A DNA stretch of 64,000 nt from an uncultured Actinomycetes bacterium (GTDB taxonomy: Bacteria > Actinomycetota > Thermoleophilia > RBG-16-64-13). The notes beneath the pieces were generated by a model. That model searched no databases and was not told the DNA's origin. It saw only the letters and a program-made list of their open reading frames with translations. The stretch is from NCBI GenBank assembly GCA_963706025.1, contig CAVPLM010000005.1:352001-416000 (forward strand), read 5' to 3'. Shown piece by piece: positions 29,651 through 44,010 of this stretch (the first letter of the stretch is position 1; every line of letters starts with the position of its first letter). The translations under genes were made by a program, and so were the position numbers.

Positions 29651-32361
29651 CTAGCCTTCTCCACCATCTGTCGTGCCGCCTCCAACTCGCCCTCCCTGCC
29701 TTTGATGATCTCGTCCACCCGCAACTCCTTCAATCGCTCCAGAATGCGACCCAGTGCGGGTCCCTTCTTCACGCCCAGGGCCAGCAGGTCGTCCCCGGTG
29801 ACGCTGAGCGTCCGGTGACGGATGTCCACGAGGTACCGGCACACTCGAGTGAAGACCGGCCCGGGCTCCATACCGGCCAGAGCGAAAACCAGCGCCTCCA
29901 CGGGCGTGGTACGGAGCGCCCGGCATATCTCCCAATCGCTCATGTCATCGTTGGCCAAACGGTCGGCGAGCAGAGGTCCCACCACGACCGCGGCGCGCAC
30001 CACGGCACTGTCCGACCGCTTGAGCTTCAGCCTGTCGAGCCACAGGTACAGCTCCTCGTGACTCATGTTGCGGGTGACCGCGGCCAACCGCAGCCGCCAG
30101 CTTATCACCTCTCCGACAAGTCCTAGCTCCGTCACGAGATGGTCCATCCTCTTCACGAGCGTGATGGTCTTGGCTCCCGTGGCCAGCTTGGGATGGACCT
30201 CGCGGGCCACACCCAGATCGAACAACCGTCCCAGTGTCCATTCCACGTCGGACTCGCTCAGCAGGGGGATGAGTTCCTCCCGCAGGCGGACGCTGGACAG
30301 ATCTCCGACCAGGTGCATGTCCACACAGCTCTTGGCAAAGGCCTTGGTCTGCTCATCCATGCGGAAGCCGTAGCGGTTCTCGTAGCGCACCGCGCGAAAG
30401 ATACGGGTGGGGTCCTCGATGAAGCTCAGGTTGTGGAGCACCCGGATGACTCCCTCCCGCAGGTCTCGGTACCCACCGAAGAAGTCGATCACGGCGCCGA
30501 AGTCGCCTCCCCGCAGGGAGACGGCCATGGCGTTGATCGTGAAATCACGCCGAAAGAGGTCTTGACGGATGGAAGCGTGCTCCACGCGGGGCAACGCCGC
30601 CGGGTAGTCGTAGAACTCAGTCCGGGTAGTGGCCACGTCGACGTGGAAGGGCTCGCCCGCAGAGCGGAGCCAGGTTAGAGCTCCGCCTAGGACGGCGGGC
30701 GGCAACAGCACGACCGCCGTCTTGAACTTCCGGTGCGTCCGCACCCTGCCTCCGAGTTGTGCGGCCAGGCGAGTGGCGAACTGTATGCCGTCTCCCTCCA
30801 CCGCGACGTCCACATCGACGTTGGGCTGCTCGATAAGGAGATCACGGACGAATCCCCCCACCAGATACACTCCCGCGAAATCCTCCGACAAGGCCGAACA
30901 AGCTCGAAAAAGCGGTCCGAAGAACGGGTGATCGGCGAGAGCCTGCATGGTGTATACGTGGACCTCTGCCGCCTGGGCCTCCTCTTGCTCCCATCGTCCC
31001 TGGTAGGCGGCGAGGACGTCGGTGCGGGTAGCGATACCGATGACGTCCTCCACGCGGGCGGTCTGCGTGGCCAGGGTGAAGTCGTACCCTTCGTCGGTCA
31101 CTACGGGGACTCGGCCGACGTTCCCCTCCACCATGATGCGGCGCAATTCATCCACTGTGGTGTTGGAACGGGCGAAGGTGATGCTCCTGGTCATGACGCC
31201 TTTCACGGGAGCATGCCCCAGACCATGGCGCATAGCCTTGTCGAGGTCGCGGCGGGCCACTATGCCCACCACCCGGCCGGCCTCCTGGACGCAGATGCCG
31301 GAGTGGCCATAACGTTGGGCGGTGACCAGGGCATCGGTGACCGGGGTATCGGCGTCGATGAAACGCACCGGACGGCTCATGATCTCTCCGGCGCTGGGCA
31401 CCCCCAGATTGGTCTGGCCAAGGGTCTCGAGTAGCGCGGCGATAACTTCGTGTGGGGTCTTGTCCCGGGTCACGGCGGAGGCCGCCTGGGCGTGACCTCC
31501 TCCCGCGATGGTCTCCAAGAGGGCGCCCACATCCACCGACCCGGCTCGTGAACGCGCGGTGACGAACACCCTGTCCATCATGCCGACCGCTTGGATCAGG
31601 ACCTCCGCGTTCACGAGCTCCATGAGCTTGTGCGCGATGATGCTCAGCCCATCCACGTAGGCGGGCATGTCGACATTGACGACATGTACGTCGATGCCAC
31701 GCACTCTCTCGACCACGACGGCGTCGACCATCCGCATGAGCACCTCCCGTTGTTCTCTGGTGAGAGCGCTGTGCAGGTAGCGTTCGATCAGAGCCTGCGA
31801 GGCTCCCAGGCGCATGCAGGCCGCGAGCATTTCGGCGTCGCGGATGGTAGTCCGTGGATAGGTCAGTGAGCCCGTGTCTTCGTGGATGCCCAGGGCGAAG
31901 ATGGTGGCCTCCAGGCGGGGGATCTCCACGTCGCGCTCGCGGAGGATGTGGAGCATGGAGGTGGCCTGCGAACCGTCGGTGGAAAGGACCCAGTTCTCGC
32001 CCTTGACGAAAGAAGGACGCTGGGGGTTCTCGGCCTCATGGTGGTCGAAGACCACGACCTCCACTTCCGGCCGGCCGCAAAGGCGGCTCAAGTCACCTAT
32101 TCGCTCGGGATCGGCCGTATCGACGATGATAAGTTGCCGGATCTTCTCTTGGTCGATAAGGCGCAGATTGAGTATGGGGAGGCTCTCGCCATGGAGGGAC
32201 ACGAACTCGCGCACGTTCGGATTGAGAGACCCGGCGAAGACTATGCGGCCTTCCGGGTAGAGAAGCGCCGCCCCTACGGCAGCCGCCAAAGCGTCGAAAT
32301 CGGCGTTCTGATGGGTCGTAATGACCGTCGAGACCTCGATGAGTGAAGGTGGGGCTGTCAT
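29647..32361 (-). CDS. tRNA nucleotidyltransferase with DHH/DHHA1 and CBS domains (A- or CCA-adding)
   Basis: HQNADFDA, DHH, GGGH, 2 CBS domains, VGGFVRD..DVD, RRDFTINA, EDPTR; TATACT 7 nt upstream of ATG 32361. Confidence 0.9.
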   Translation of the reverse strand: MTAPPSLIEVSTVITTHQNADFDALAAAVGAALLYPEGRIVFAGSLNPNVREFVSLHGESLPILNLRLIDQEKIRQLIIVDTADPERIGDLSRLCGRPEVEVVVFDHHEAENPQRPSFVKGENWVLSTDGSQATSMLHILRERDVEIPRLEATIFALGIHEDTGSLTYPRTTIRDAEMLAACMRLGASQALIERYLHSALTREQREVLMRMVDAVVVERVRGIDVHVVNVDMPAYVDGLSIIAHKLMELVNAEVLIQAVGMMDRVFVTARSRAGSVDVGALLETIAGGGHAQAASAVTRDKTPHEVIAALLETLGQTNLGVPSAGEIMSRPVRFIDADTPVTDALVTAQRYGHSGICVQEAGRVVGIVARRDLDKAMRHGLGHAPVKGVMTRSITFARSNTTVDELRRIMVEGNVGRVPVVTDEGYDFTLATQTARVEDVIGIATRTDVLAAYQGRWEQEEAQAAEVHVYTMQALADHPFFGPLFRACSALSEDFAGVYLVGGFVRDLLIEQPNVDVDVAVEGDGIQFATRLAAQLGGRVRTHRKFKTAVVLLPPAVLGGALTWLRSAGEPFHVDVATTRTEFYDYPAALPRVEHASIRQDLFRRDFTINAMAVSLRGGDFGAVIDFFGGYRDLREGVIRVLHNLSFIEDPTRIFRAVRYENRYGFRMDEQTKAFAKSCVDMHLVGDLSSVRLREELIPLLSESDVEWTLGRLFDLGVAREVHPKLATGAKTITLVKRMDHLVTELGLVGEVISWRLRLAAVTRNMSHEELYLWLDRLKLKRSDSAVVRAAVVVGPLLADRLANDDMSDWEICRALRTTPVEALVFALAGMEPGPVFTRVCRYLVDIRHRTLSVTGDDLLALGVKKGPALGRILERLKELRVDEIIKGREGELEAARQMVEKAR

Positions 32362-32502
32362 GTCGGCTAGTATACCGCCGACCACTCTTGCGGCCTTAGA
32401 TCACCCATATTGTCGAACTGTGCCTCCTCAGGGAGCTTCCGGTGGCGCATCGAGCTGGTTATGATGGATGCAGAGCCGATCGCCCGCGAAGGAGGACGCC
32501 AA

Positions 32503-32946
32503 GTGAGCGAGAAAGTCCATTTCTATGCCGAGTACTGGGGCGGTAAAAAGCTGGCCTACCCCAACGTGCCTGCCGAGTCACCCAAGTTCGCCCGTTCGGT
32601 GGTGGCCGGCAATCTGATCTTCGTTTCCGGCTGCCAGGGGCAGAATGACGAGACCGTGCAGCTCGAGACCGACGTCTTCGAAGAGCAGATGATCATCGCC
32701 CTGGACAAGGTCAGGCATGCGATGGAGGAAGCCGGCTCGTCCATGAACAACGTCATCAAGACGTTGATGTTGTTGAAGAACCTGGAGGACTACCCGCGTA
32801 TGCGTAAGACGGAGCTGGAGTACTACCAGAAGTACGCCCCCCTTCTGGTCGAGGATCCCCCAGCGAGCACCTTCATGAAGGTCGATCTGGCCAAACCTGG
32901 CTTTCTGGTCGAGATCGACGTCATCGGCGTCGTCTCCAGGGAGTAA
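32503..32946 (+). CDS. Rid (YjgF/YER057c/UK114) family protein
   Basis: GNLIFVSG, MEEAGSSMNNVIK, PPAST, LVEIDVI; SD AAGGAGG before GTG 32503. Confidence 0.85.
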   Translation: MSEKVHFYAEYWGGKKLAYPNVPAESPKFARSVVAGNLIFVSGCQGQNDETVQLETDVFEEQMIIALDKVRHAMEEAGSSMNNVIKTLMLLKNLEDYPRMRKTELEYYQKYAPLLVEDPPASTFMKVDLAKPGFLVEIDVIGVVSRE

Positions 32947-32990
32947 GCAGGCCGCCGGCGCTGGGCAGCGAGCCACGCAGGGGCGGCCCC

Positions 32991-35048
<2,058 letters not shown>

Positions 35049-35054
35049 GAAGCT

Positions 35055-35960
35055 CTAGTCCATTCTCGCTCGGGGGTGGGCGTCTCGATAGACCCTCTGC
35101 AGATGGGCGGTGGTGACGTGCGTGTAGATCTGTGTGGTGGAAAGATCGGCGTGCCCCAACATCTCCTGGACCGCGCGCAGGTCTGCTCCTCCTTCGAGCA
35201 GATGGGTGGCGAAAGAATGGCGCAGCGTGTGGGCCGAGACGTCATCCGGGAGTCCGGTCTCGCGGGCGTAGCGCTTGATGATCAGATGCAGTCCTTGTCG
35301 GGACAGCCGTCGTCCGCGATTGTTGAGGAAGAGCTCAGGAGCCTTCAACATGCCGGCCTTGCCGAGGAAGGGCCTCCCCCGCTCTTGATAGAGGCGCAAA
35401 GCCTCGATGGCCTTGCGACCCAGCGGCACAACCCGTTCCTTATCGCCTTTTCCCATAGTGCGTACGAACCCTACATCCAGATCGAAGTCCTGCAGACGAA
35501 GGGCCAGCGTCTCTGAAGCCCTCAGGCCTGCCCCGTAGAGGGTCTCGAGCAAGGCACGGTCGCGGAGGCCGCGCGGCGTAGGCTTCGGAGCGGCGAGTAG
35601 GCGCGCTACCTGGTCGATCGTGAGGCAGCGCGGCAGATCGGACTCCAGGCGGGGACTGGATAGGGTTCGGGTGGGATCGGAATGAGCAATACCGGCCAGA
35701 AGGCGTTCTCGATAGAAGGAGCGGATGGCGGCAGCCTTTCGGGCCCGGGTCGAGGGGCGCCACTGTCCCGCGGCAAGGAAGTCGCGGATATCGTCGACGG
35801 CAGCGTCTTCGAGACGGCTCCCTCGCTCGTGCAGGAACGCGGCGAATTGCACCAGATCGCGCCGGTAAGACTCCACCGTGCGCTCGGCCAACCCTTTTTC
35901 CAAACGAAGGGCACGCAGGTGAAGGGAGAGAGATGAGTCCGTTTCGGGCGGGAGCGCCAT
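35055..35960 (-). CDS. xerD: Tyrosine recombinase XerD
   Basis: RDRALLETLYGAGLRASE, GKGDKER, HTLRHSFATHLL.GGADLRAVQEMLGH..LSTTQIYTH. Confidence 0.92.
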   Translation of the reverse strand: MALPPETDSSLSLHLRALRLEKGLAERTVESYRRDLVQFAAFLHERGSRLEDAAVDDIRDFLAAGQWRPSTRARKAAAIRSFYRERLLAGIAHSDPTRTLSSPRLESDLPRCLTIDQVARLLAAPKPTPRGLRDRALLETLYGAGLRASETLALRLQDFDLDVGFVRTMGKGDKERVVPLGRKAIEALRLYQERGRPFLGKAGMLKAPELFLNNRGRRLSRQGLHLIIKRYARETGLPDDVSAHTLRHSFATHLLEGGADLRAVQEMLGHADLSTTQIYTHVTTAHLQRVYRDAHPRARMD

Positions 35961-35982
35961 GAAAAAGAGGCCTCGGCCGGGG

Positions 35983-37107
35983 CTACATGTACTCTATGGG
36001 CAGCAAGTACTCAAGGGGGAAATACGGGTTTCCTGTGGCCTCGGCGACCTCACGGATGGTGACCTTTCCCTCCATCACGTTGACTCCGCGGGCCAGGCAG
36101 GCGTCGAAACGTGCGGCGCCCACCGCGCCCCTATCGGCGATGGTCAAGATGTAGGGAAGTGTGGCGTTGGTGAGGGCCAGGGTGGAAGTGATGGGCACGA
36201 CCCCGGCCATGTTGTCTACGCAGCAGTGGATGCAGCCGTGCTTGACGAAGGTCGGATCCCGGTGGGTCGTCACCCGGGAGGTGGCCACGCACCCGCCCTG
36301 GTCGATGCTGAGGTCGACGATGACCGACCCCGGCTGCATGGCAGCGACCAGTGACTCTGACACCAGGACCGGCGTCCTCGCTCCTGGGATGAGGACCGCT
36401 CCGATGACGACGTCTGCCTTCCTCACCTCTTCATCGATAGTGAGTTGATTGCTGTGCAACGTATCGACGCTGGACAACTGACGCTTCACCGCCGCCAAGG
36501 CATCGAGGTCGATATCCAGGACCTTGGTGTGGGCGCCCATCCCGGAGGCGATACAGGCCGCATTGGTGCCGGCGATGCCCGCCCCCAGGATCACCACGTT
36601 CGCAGGCTTGACACCGGTCGCCCCCCCGAGAAGCTTGCCTTTGCCTCCACTCATGCGCTCCAAGAAATAGGCCCCCACCTGCGGAGCGAGCCGACCGGCT
36701 ATCTCGCTCATGGGAGCGAGCAGCGGTCGGCGTCCGTCCGCCGTCTCGACCGTCTCGTACGCGAAGCAGGTGGCCCCACTCTCCACGAGGCCCTTGGTGA
36801 GGACCGGGTCGGGCGCCAAGTGCAAGAACGTGAAGAGGATATGGCGAGGCTCGAGTCGCTCGTACTCCTCCCGCAGCGGCTCCTTGACTTTGACGATAAG
36901 GTCGGCCTGAGCGAAGACCGAGGCTACATCGGGTGCGATCCGAGCGCCGGCCGCTACGTAGCTGTCGTCGGCAAAGAAGGATCCCTCTCCTGCTCCGTGC
37001 TGCACGATCACGTTGTGGCCGCGGCTGGCCAGTTCTTTTGTGCCCGCGGGCGTCAGGGCCACGCGGTACTCCGCTTCTTTGATCTCTGTGGGTACGCCGA
37101 CTTTCAT
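35983..37107 (-). CDS. ald: Alanine dehydrogenase
   Basis: GVPTEIK..EYRVALTP, KVKEP, FTFLHLA, LAPMSEIAG, IDQGGC. Confidence 0.93.
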   Translation of the reverse strand: MKVGVPTEIKEAEYRVALTPAGTKELASRGHNVIVQHGAGEGSFFADDSYVAAGARIAPDVASVFAQADLIVKVKEPLREEYERLEPRHILFTFLHLAPDPVLTKGLVESGATCFAYETVETADGRRPLLAPMSEIAGRLAPQVGAYFLERMSGGKGKLLGGATGVKPANVVILGAGIAGTNAACIASGMGAHTKVLDIDLDALAAVKRQLSSVDTLHSNQLTIDEEVRKADVVIGAVLIPGARTPVLVSESLVAAMQPGSVIVDLSIDQGGCVATSRVTTHRDPTFVKHGCIHCCVDNMAGVVPITSTLALTNATLPYILTIADRGAVGAARFDACLARGVNVMEGKVTIREVAEATGNPYFPLEYLLPIEYM

Positions 37108-37138
37108 CTTCCGTATCTTTCAGGTCGCATCCTGGGCC

Positions 37139-37697
37139 TCACCTCAGAAGAGCCCTCTCCAGAAGGATGAGGGTCGCCAGAGTCTTGGCGTCGGCGATCT
37201 CGTCAAGGTGCTCCAGCAGTCCCGCCAATGGGTAACGTATCACGGAGATCACCTCGTCGTCATCGGGATCGGGGGGCACCACAGTGAGGTCTTGAGCAAG
37301 GAACGGATACAAGCTTTCGTTGACAAAGCCGGGGGAAGAGAAGAAGGACTGGAGAGGAGTCCATCGACGCGCCTCCAGCCCCACTTCCTCACGCAATTCC
37401 CGCTTGGCGGCTGTGAGAGGCTCCTCACCCGGCTCGAGGGTGCCGGCGGGGAGTTCAAGAAGATCTCGGCCGATCGGGTGCCGATACTGGTCGACCAGGA
37501 AGACCTGATTCTGGTCATCGACCGCGGCGACGACGACCGCCCCGGGGTGCTCGACGACCTCGCGAAGTGCAGTACCGCCCCCGGGCAGAGTGATCTCATC
37601 CACCCGCACGCTGATGATCCTACCCGCGTATATAGTCCGCGACGAAACCACTTGGGGCGGGGGCTCGGCCGCTTCCCTGAGGATAAAGTCCGTCGGC

Positions 37698-37705
<8 letters not shown>
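37139..37705 (-). CDS. NUDIX hydrolase (ADP-ribose pyrophosphatase-like)
   Basis: REVVEHPGAV, QYRHP, ELPAGTLEPGEEPLTAAKRELREEVG, SPG, DAKT. Confidence 0.9.
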
Positions 37706-40591
<2,886 letters not shown>

Positions 40592-42295
40592 CTAGTCTAT
40601 CAGTCCGCCTGCCGCGCTGTCTCGCAGCTCGCGGGCGTGAGCCATGGCCTCGGCATCGTCCGGACTGCCGCCCATCATGCGGCATAGTTCCTCCACGATC
40701 CCCTCGCCGACGAGCTGCGACAGCCGGGCTACGGTGACCCCCGGAGCGCTGACCTTATCGATGAGGTAGTGTCGGGTGGCCAGGGCAGCCACCGGAGCTA
40801 GGTGCGTCACCAGTATGAGCTGTGAGCGGCCGGCGAGTTCGCGCAGCTTTCGTCCCACAGCCACGGCAGTCCGGCCTCCGATGCCCGCGTCGATCTCATC
40901 GAAGACCAGAGTCTCGTGCCCCCCCGCGTCCGCCAAGGCACACTTGATGGCGAGCAGCACGCGTGAAAGCTCGCCCCCGGACGCGGTGCGGGCGAGGCTT
41001 CGCGGCACCTGTCCGGGGTTGGCAGCAAGCATGAACTCTACTGATTCGGCGCCTGTCTCGCGCAGTCCCTCCCACCCGGAGCGCTGATGGAACTCGACGT
41101 TTGCGACGGCCTCTACCATACTCAGGTCCGCCAGCTGGACGCCGATGGCCTGCTCCAGAAGGGGCGCCGCTTTGCGTCGCCGCTCACTGAGAGCCAGGGC
41201 GAGTTCGAGGGCGCGCGCAGCCTGCGCGGCGCGCGCCGCCTCCAGCCGGGCTAGGTCTTCCTCCGAATCCTCAAGGGCGGCCAGACGTTCGGCCGAGGAA
41301 TGACCATAAGCCACCGCGGTCTCGGTAGTACCCCCGTACTTCCGGGCCAAGTCGGTGTAGAGTCGCAGCCGCTCGTCGACTTCTTGAAGCCGTAGCGGAT
41401 CGACTGAGACGCGTTCCAGGTGACTCCGCAGTTCCCGGGACAGGTCGACGATCTGATACTGGAGGTCGATGAGAGCGGAGGATACTGCGTCCACACTCTC
41501 GTCGACGCCGTGGAGCCCGGAGAGGTGAGCGGCTGCCTGAACTACCAAGCTACCGGCATCGGGCCGGTCGTCCTCGCTGTTCAGAAGATCGGCCGCCGCG
41601 CCGGCATTACGCAGGATATCCTCCGCGCGCGCCAGCATTCTCTGCTCTGCCTGCAGCGCACGTTCCTCGTCGAGCGACAGCCGGGCCTCGGCAAGTTCGG
41701 CCACCTGGAACCGCAGCAGTTCGATCTCGCGCGTCCGCGCTTCCCGGATACTGCGAGCGGTCTCGAGCCGGCGGATGGTCTCTGACGCCTCCTCATATGC
41801 GGATCGAAACCGAGCGGCCAGCTGCACGAGGTCCTCTCCTGCCCACCGGTCGAGGACGGCGAGCTGATAGCTTGGATCGAGTAGCCTACGGTATTCGTGC
41901 TGTCCGGCGAACGAAAGGAGACTCCCCACCACCTCTCCCAGAGTGACCAGGGTGACCGCAGTGTCATTGACGTAGCAACGGTTACGGCCTTGCTTGCTCA
42001 GGCGTCGGGTGACGATTATCTGGTCTTGCCCTGCTCCGATCAACGCCGCGATGTCCTCCGAGATCTCAGCGACCTCGGTTTCGTCAAGTTCGAAGATCGC
42101 CTGGATAAGGGCTTCCTCCGCGGCTTGGCCGACCAGGCCCTCCTCGGCTCTCTCCCCCGCCAGAAGACCCAGCGCCCGGGTGAGCAGGGTCTTTCCGGCC
42201 CCGGTCTCGCCGGTCAGAACGGTGAGGCCCGGACCGAAATCCAGCACGGCGTCCTCGATGAGCACGAAGTTGCGGATGGTGAGGGAGGACAGCAT
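40592..42295 (-). CDS. recN: DNA repair protein RecN
   Basis: LTGETGAGK, coiled coil, ASGGELSR, LVFDEIDAGIGG, VTH. Confidence 0.95.
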   Translation of the reverse strand: MLSSLTIRNFVLIEDAVLDFGPGLTVLTGETGAGKTLLTRALGLLAGERAEEGLVGQAAEEALIQAIFELDETEVAEISEDIAALIGAGQDQIIVTRRLSKQGRNRCYVNDTAVTLVTLGEVVGSLLSFAGQHEYRRLLDPSYQLAVLDRWAGEDLVQLAARFRSAYEEASETIRRLETARSIREARTREIELLRFQVAELAEARLSLDEERALQAEQRMLARAEDILRNAGAAADLLNSEDDRPDAGSLVVQAAAHLSGLHGVDESVDAVSSALIDLQYQIVDLSRELRSHLERVSVDPLRLQEVDERLRLYTDLARKYGGTTETAVAYGHSSAERLAALEDSEEDLARLEAARAAQAARALELALALSERRRKAAPLLEQAIGVQLADLSMVEAVANVEFHQRSGWEGLRETGAESVEFMLAANPGQVPRSLARTASGGELSRVLLAIKCALADAGGHETLVFDEIDAGIGGRTAVAVGRKLRELAGRSQLILVTHLAPVAALATRHYLIDKVSAPGVTVARLSQLVGEGIVEELCRMMGGSPDDAEAMAHARELRDSAAGGLID

Positions 42296-42313
42296 GGGAT
42301 CCTGCCCTACAGT

Positions 42314-43174
42314 CTAGAGCAGACGGTCGCGGAAATGGCGGTAGAGACTGTCTCCCTCCAAGAGGGCGAGCGACGTCATGGCCGGGCTGGTCTTCACCCT
42401 AAGGGTGTTCCCAGGCCCTAGAACGGCCAGTCGCTCACCATCGGCGTCGATATGACAGTCGGCATCCTCGTCGGTGTTGATGACCTCCAGGATGTCCCGG
42501 GGCGCGGCTACCACGGGACGCACTCCGACGGCATGCGGCGCCACCAGGCTTATCACATAGGCCTCCACGGATATCCCCAGGAGCGGTCCGCCCGCAGCCA
42601 GACTGTAGGCGGAGGATCCCGCTGGAGTCCCTACCACCACTCCATCGCACAGGACTTCGAACAAAGTGACACCATTGATCGTCAAGGCCAGCGAGCAAGG
42701 ACGCGAGCGAGCGCCCTTGCTGACCACAAAATCGTTCGTGGCTTTGAAGACCTGAGGGCCGAGTTCCGCCTCCAACCCAAGGATCGGATACTCGACGAAG
42801 TCGCCGTCGAGTAGGCGCCCTAGGCCTCGTTCAAGGTCGTCCTTCGGGATGGTGGTCAGGAATCCTACCCGTCCCAGATTGACGCCGGCCACTGGAATGC
42901 GGTGATCGCGGGTCAGATGGAACCCGCGCAGCATCGTCCCGTCTCCGCCCAGTACCAGGCAGAGATCCACCCCTTCGATCCCCTCCCCGTCCTGGGCGAG
43001 GATGGCCGCGCCGGCCTGGGTTAGCAGTCCGCCGTGTTTGTCCCATTCGGCGGGGGGAGCCAGCACCTCGATGGCACGATCAGCAAGCAGGTCGAGGGAC
43101 TCTTGCAGCGCCTGCCTGGTCACAGAGGGATCCCAATGCGTACAAATGACTACACGTTTGATCGTAGGGTTCAC
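42314..43174 (-). CDS. nadK: NAD kinase
   Basis: LGGDGTML, GVNLGRVGFL, ND, DG...GTPAGSSAYSLAAGGP. Confidence 0.93.
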   Translation of the reverse strand: MNPTIKRVVICTHWDPSVTRQALQESLDLLADRAIEVLAPPAEWDKHGGLLTQAGAAILAQDGEGIEGVDLCLVLGGDGTMLRGFHLTRDHRIPVAGVNLGRVGFLTTIPKDDLERGLGRLLDGDFVEYPILGLEAELGPQVFKATNDFVVSKGARSRPCSLALTINGVTLFEVLCDGVVVGTPAGSSAYSLAAGGPLLGISVEAYVISLVAPHAVGVRPVVAAPRDILEVINTDEDADCHIDADGERLAVLGPGNTLRVKTSPAMTSLALLEGDSLYRHFRDRLL

Positions 43175-44004
43175 GCGCCTGTCGCCACCTCACCTGTGCC
43201 GTTGTGGGCAAGAAGCTCGTCCACCAGTCGTTCCAGCGTATCAAGTCCCACCCCTTCTTCTCCACCCCGTCCCAGATGGAAGAAGAACTCGACGTTCCCA
43301 TCGGCTCCTGCGAGAGCGGAACGGCAAATGCCTAGTAAGTGTGCATCGAGATCGGCGACGACGAACAGGGCCCGCTCGAGCAGGACTTCACGGTGAACGG
43401 CCGGATCGCGGACGATCCCGCCACTACCCACCAGATCCGGTCCAGCCTCGAACTGAGGCTTGACCAGAACAAGGCCGCTGAAGACCGGGGCCATGCAGGA
43501 GACGACGGCCGGAAGTACCTTGGTCACCGAAATGAAGGACACATCCATCGTCAGCATGTCCGGCGGGTAGGGCAGCTGGTCTGGACTGAGGTAGCGGGCA
43601 TTGACACCGTCCAAAGGATAGACTCGCGGATCGTTGCGGAGGCGCCCGTGCAGTTGCCCCCTGCCCACATCCAGGGCGATGACTCGTCCGGAGCCGGATC
43701 GCAGCAGGCAGTCGACGAACCCGCCCGTCGATGCCCCGACATCGAGGGCAGAGGTGCCTTCGATGTCCAATCCGAACAGACCTAGGGCGTGATCCAGCTT
43801 CTCCCCTCCCCGGGAGACGAAACGGGGCCTTGCCTTGAGCTGGACATCCACGTCAACGGGCACGAGGGTGCCCGCCTTGTCACTGGTCTCCCCTCCGACC
43901 AGGACCATTCCCGCCATGATCAGCCCGCGCGCCGCGCTTCGGCTTGGCACGAGTCCCCTGGCCAGCACAAGCTCATCCAGGCGCACACGCGCTGCTCGGG
44001 GCAC
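43171..44004 (-). CDS. tlyA: TlyA rRNA 2'-O-methyltransferase
   Basis: RLD S4 domain, VSRGGEKL, DVGASTGGF, DVSFIS, LVKPQFE, GNVEF. Confidence 0.95.
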   Translation of the reverse strand: MPRAARVRLDELVLARGLVPSRSAARGLIMAGMVLVGGETSDKAGTLVPVDVDVQLKARPRFVSRGGEKLDHALGLFGLDIEGTSALDVGASTGGFVDCLLRSGSGRVIALDVGRGQLHGRLRNDPRVYPLDGVNARYLSPDQLPYPPDMLTMDVSFISVTKVLPAVVSCMAPVFSGLVLVKPQFEAGPDLVGSGGIVRDPAVHREVLLERALFVVADLDAHLLGICRSALAGADGNVEFFFHLGRGGEEGVGLDTLERLVDELLAHNGTGEVATGA

Positions 44005-44010
44005 GTCGAG

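Noticed and set aside
35055-35960. Tyrosine recombinase as a sign of a mobile element
   Set aside because: Housekeeping XerD in the conserved nudF-xerD-deoB context; no att sites or cargo
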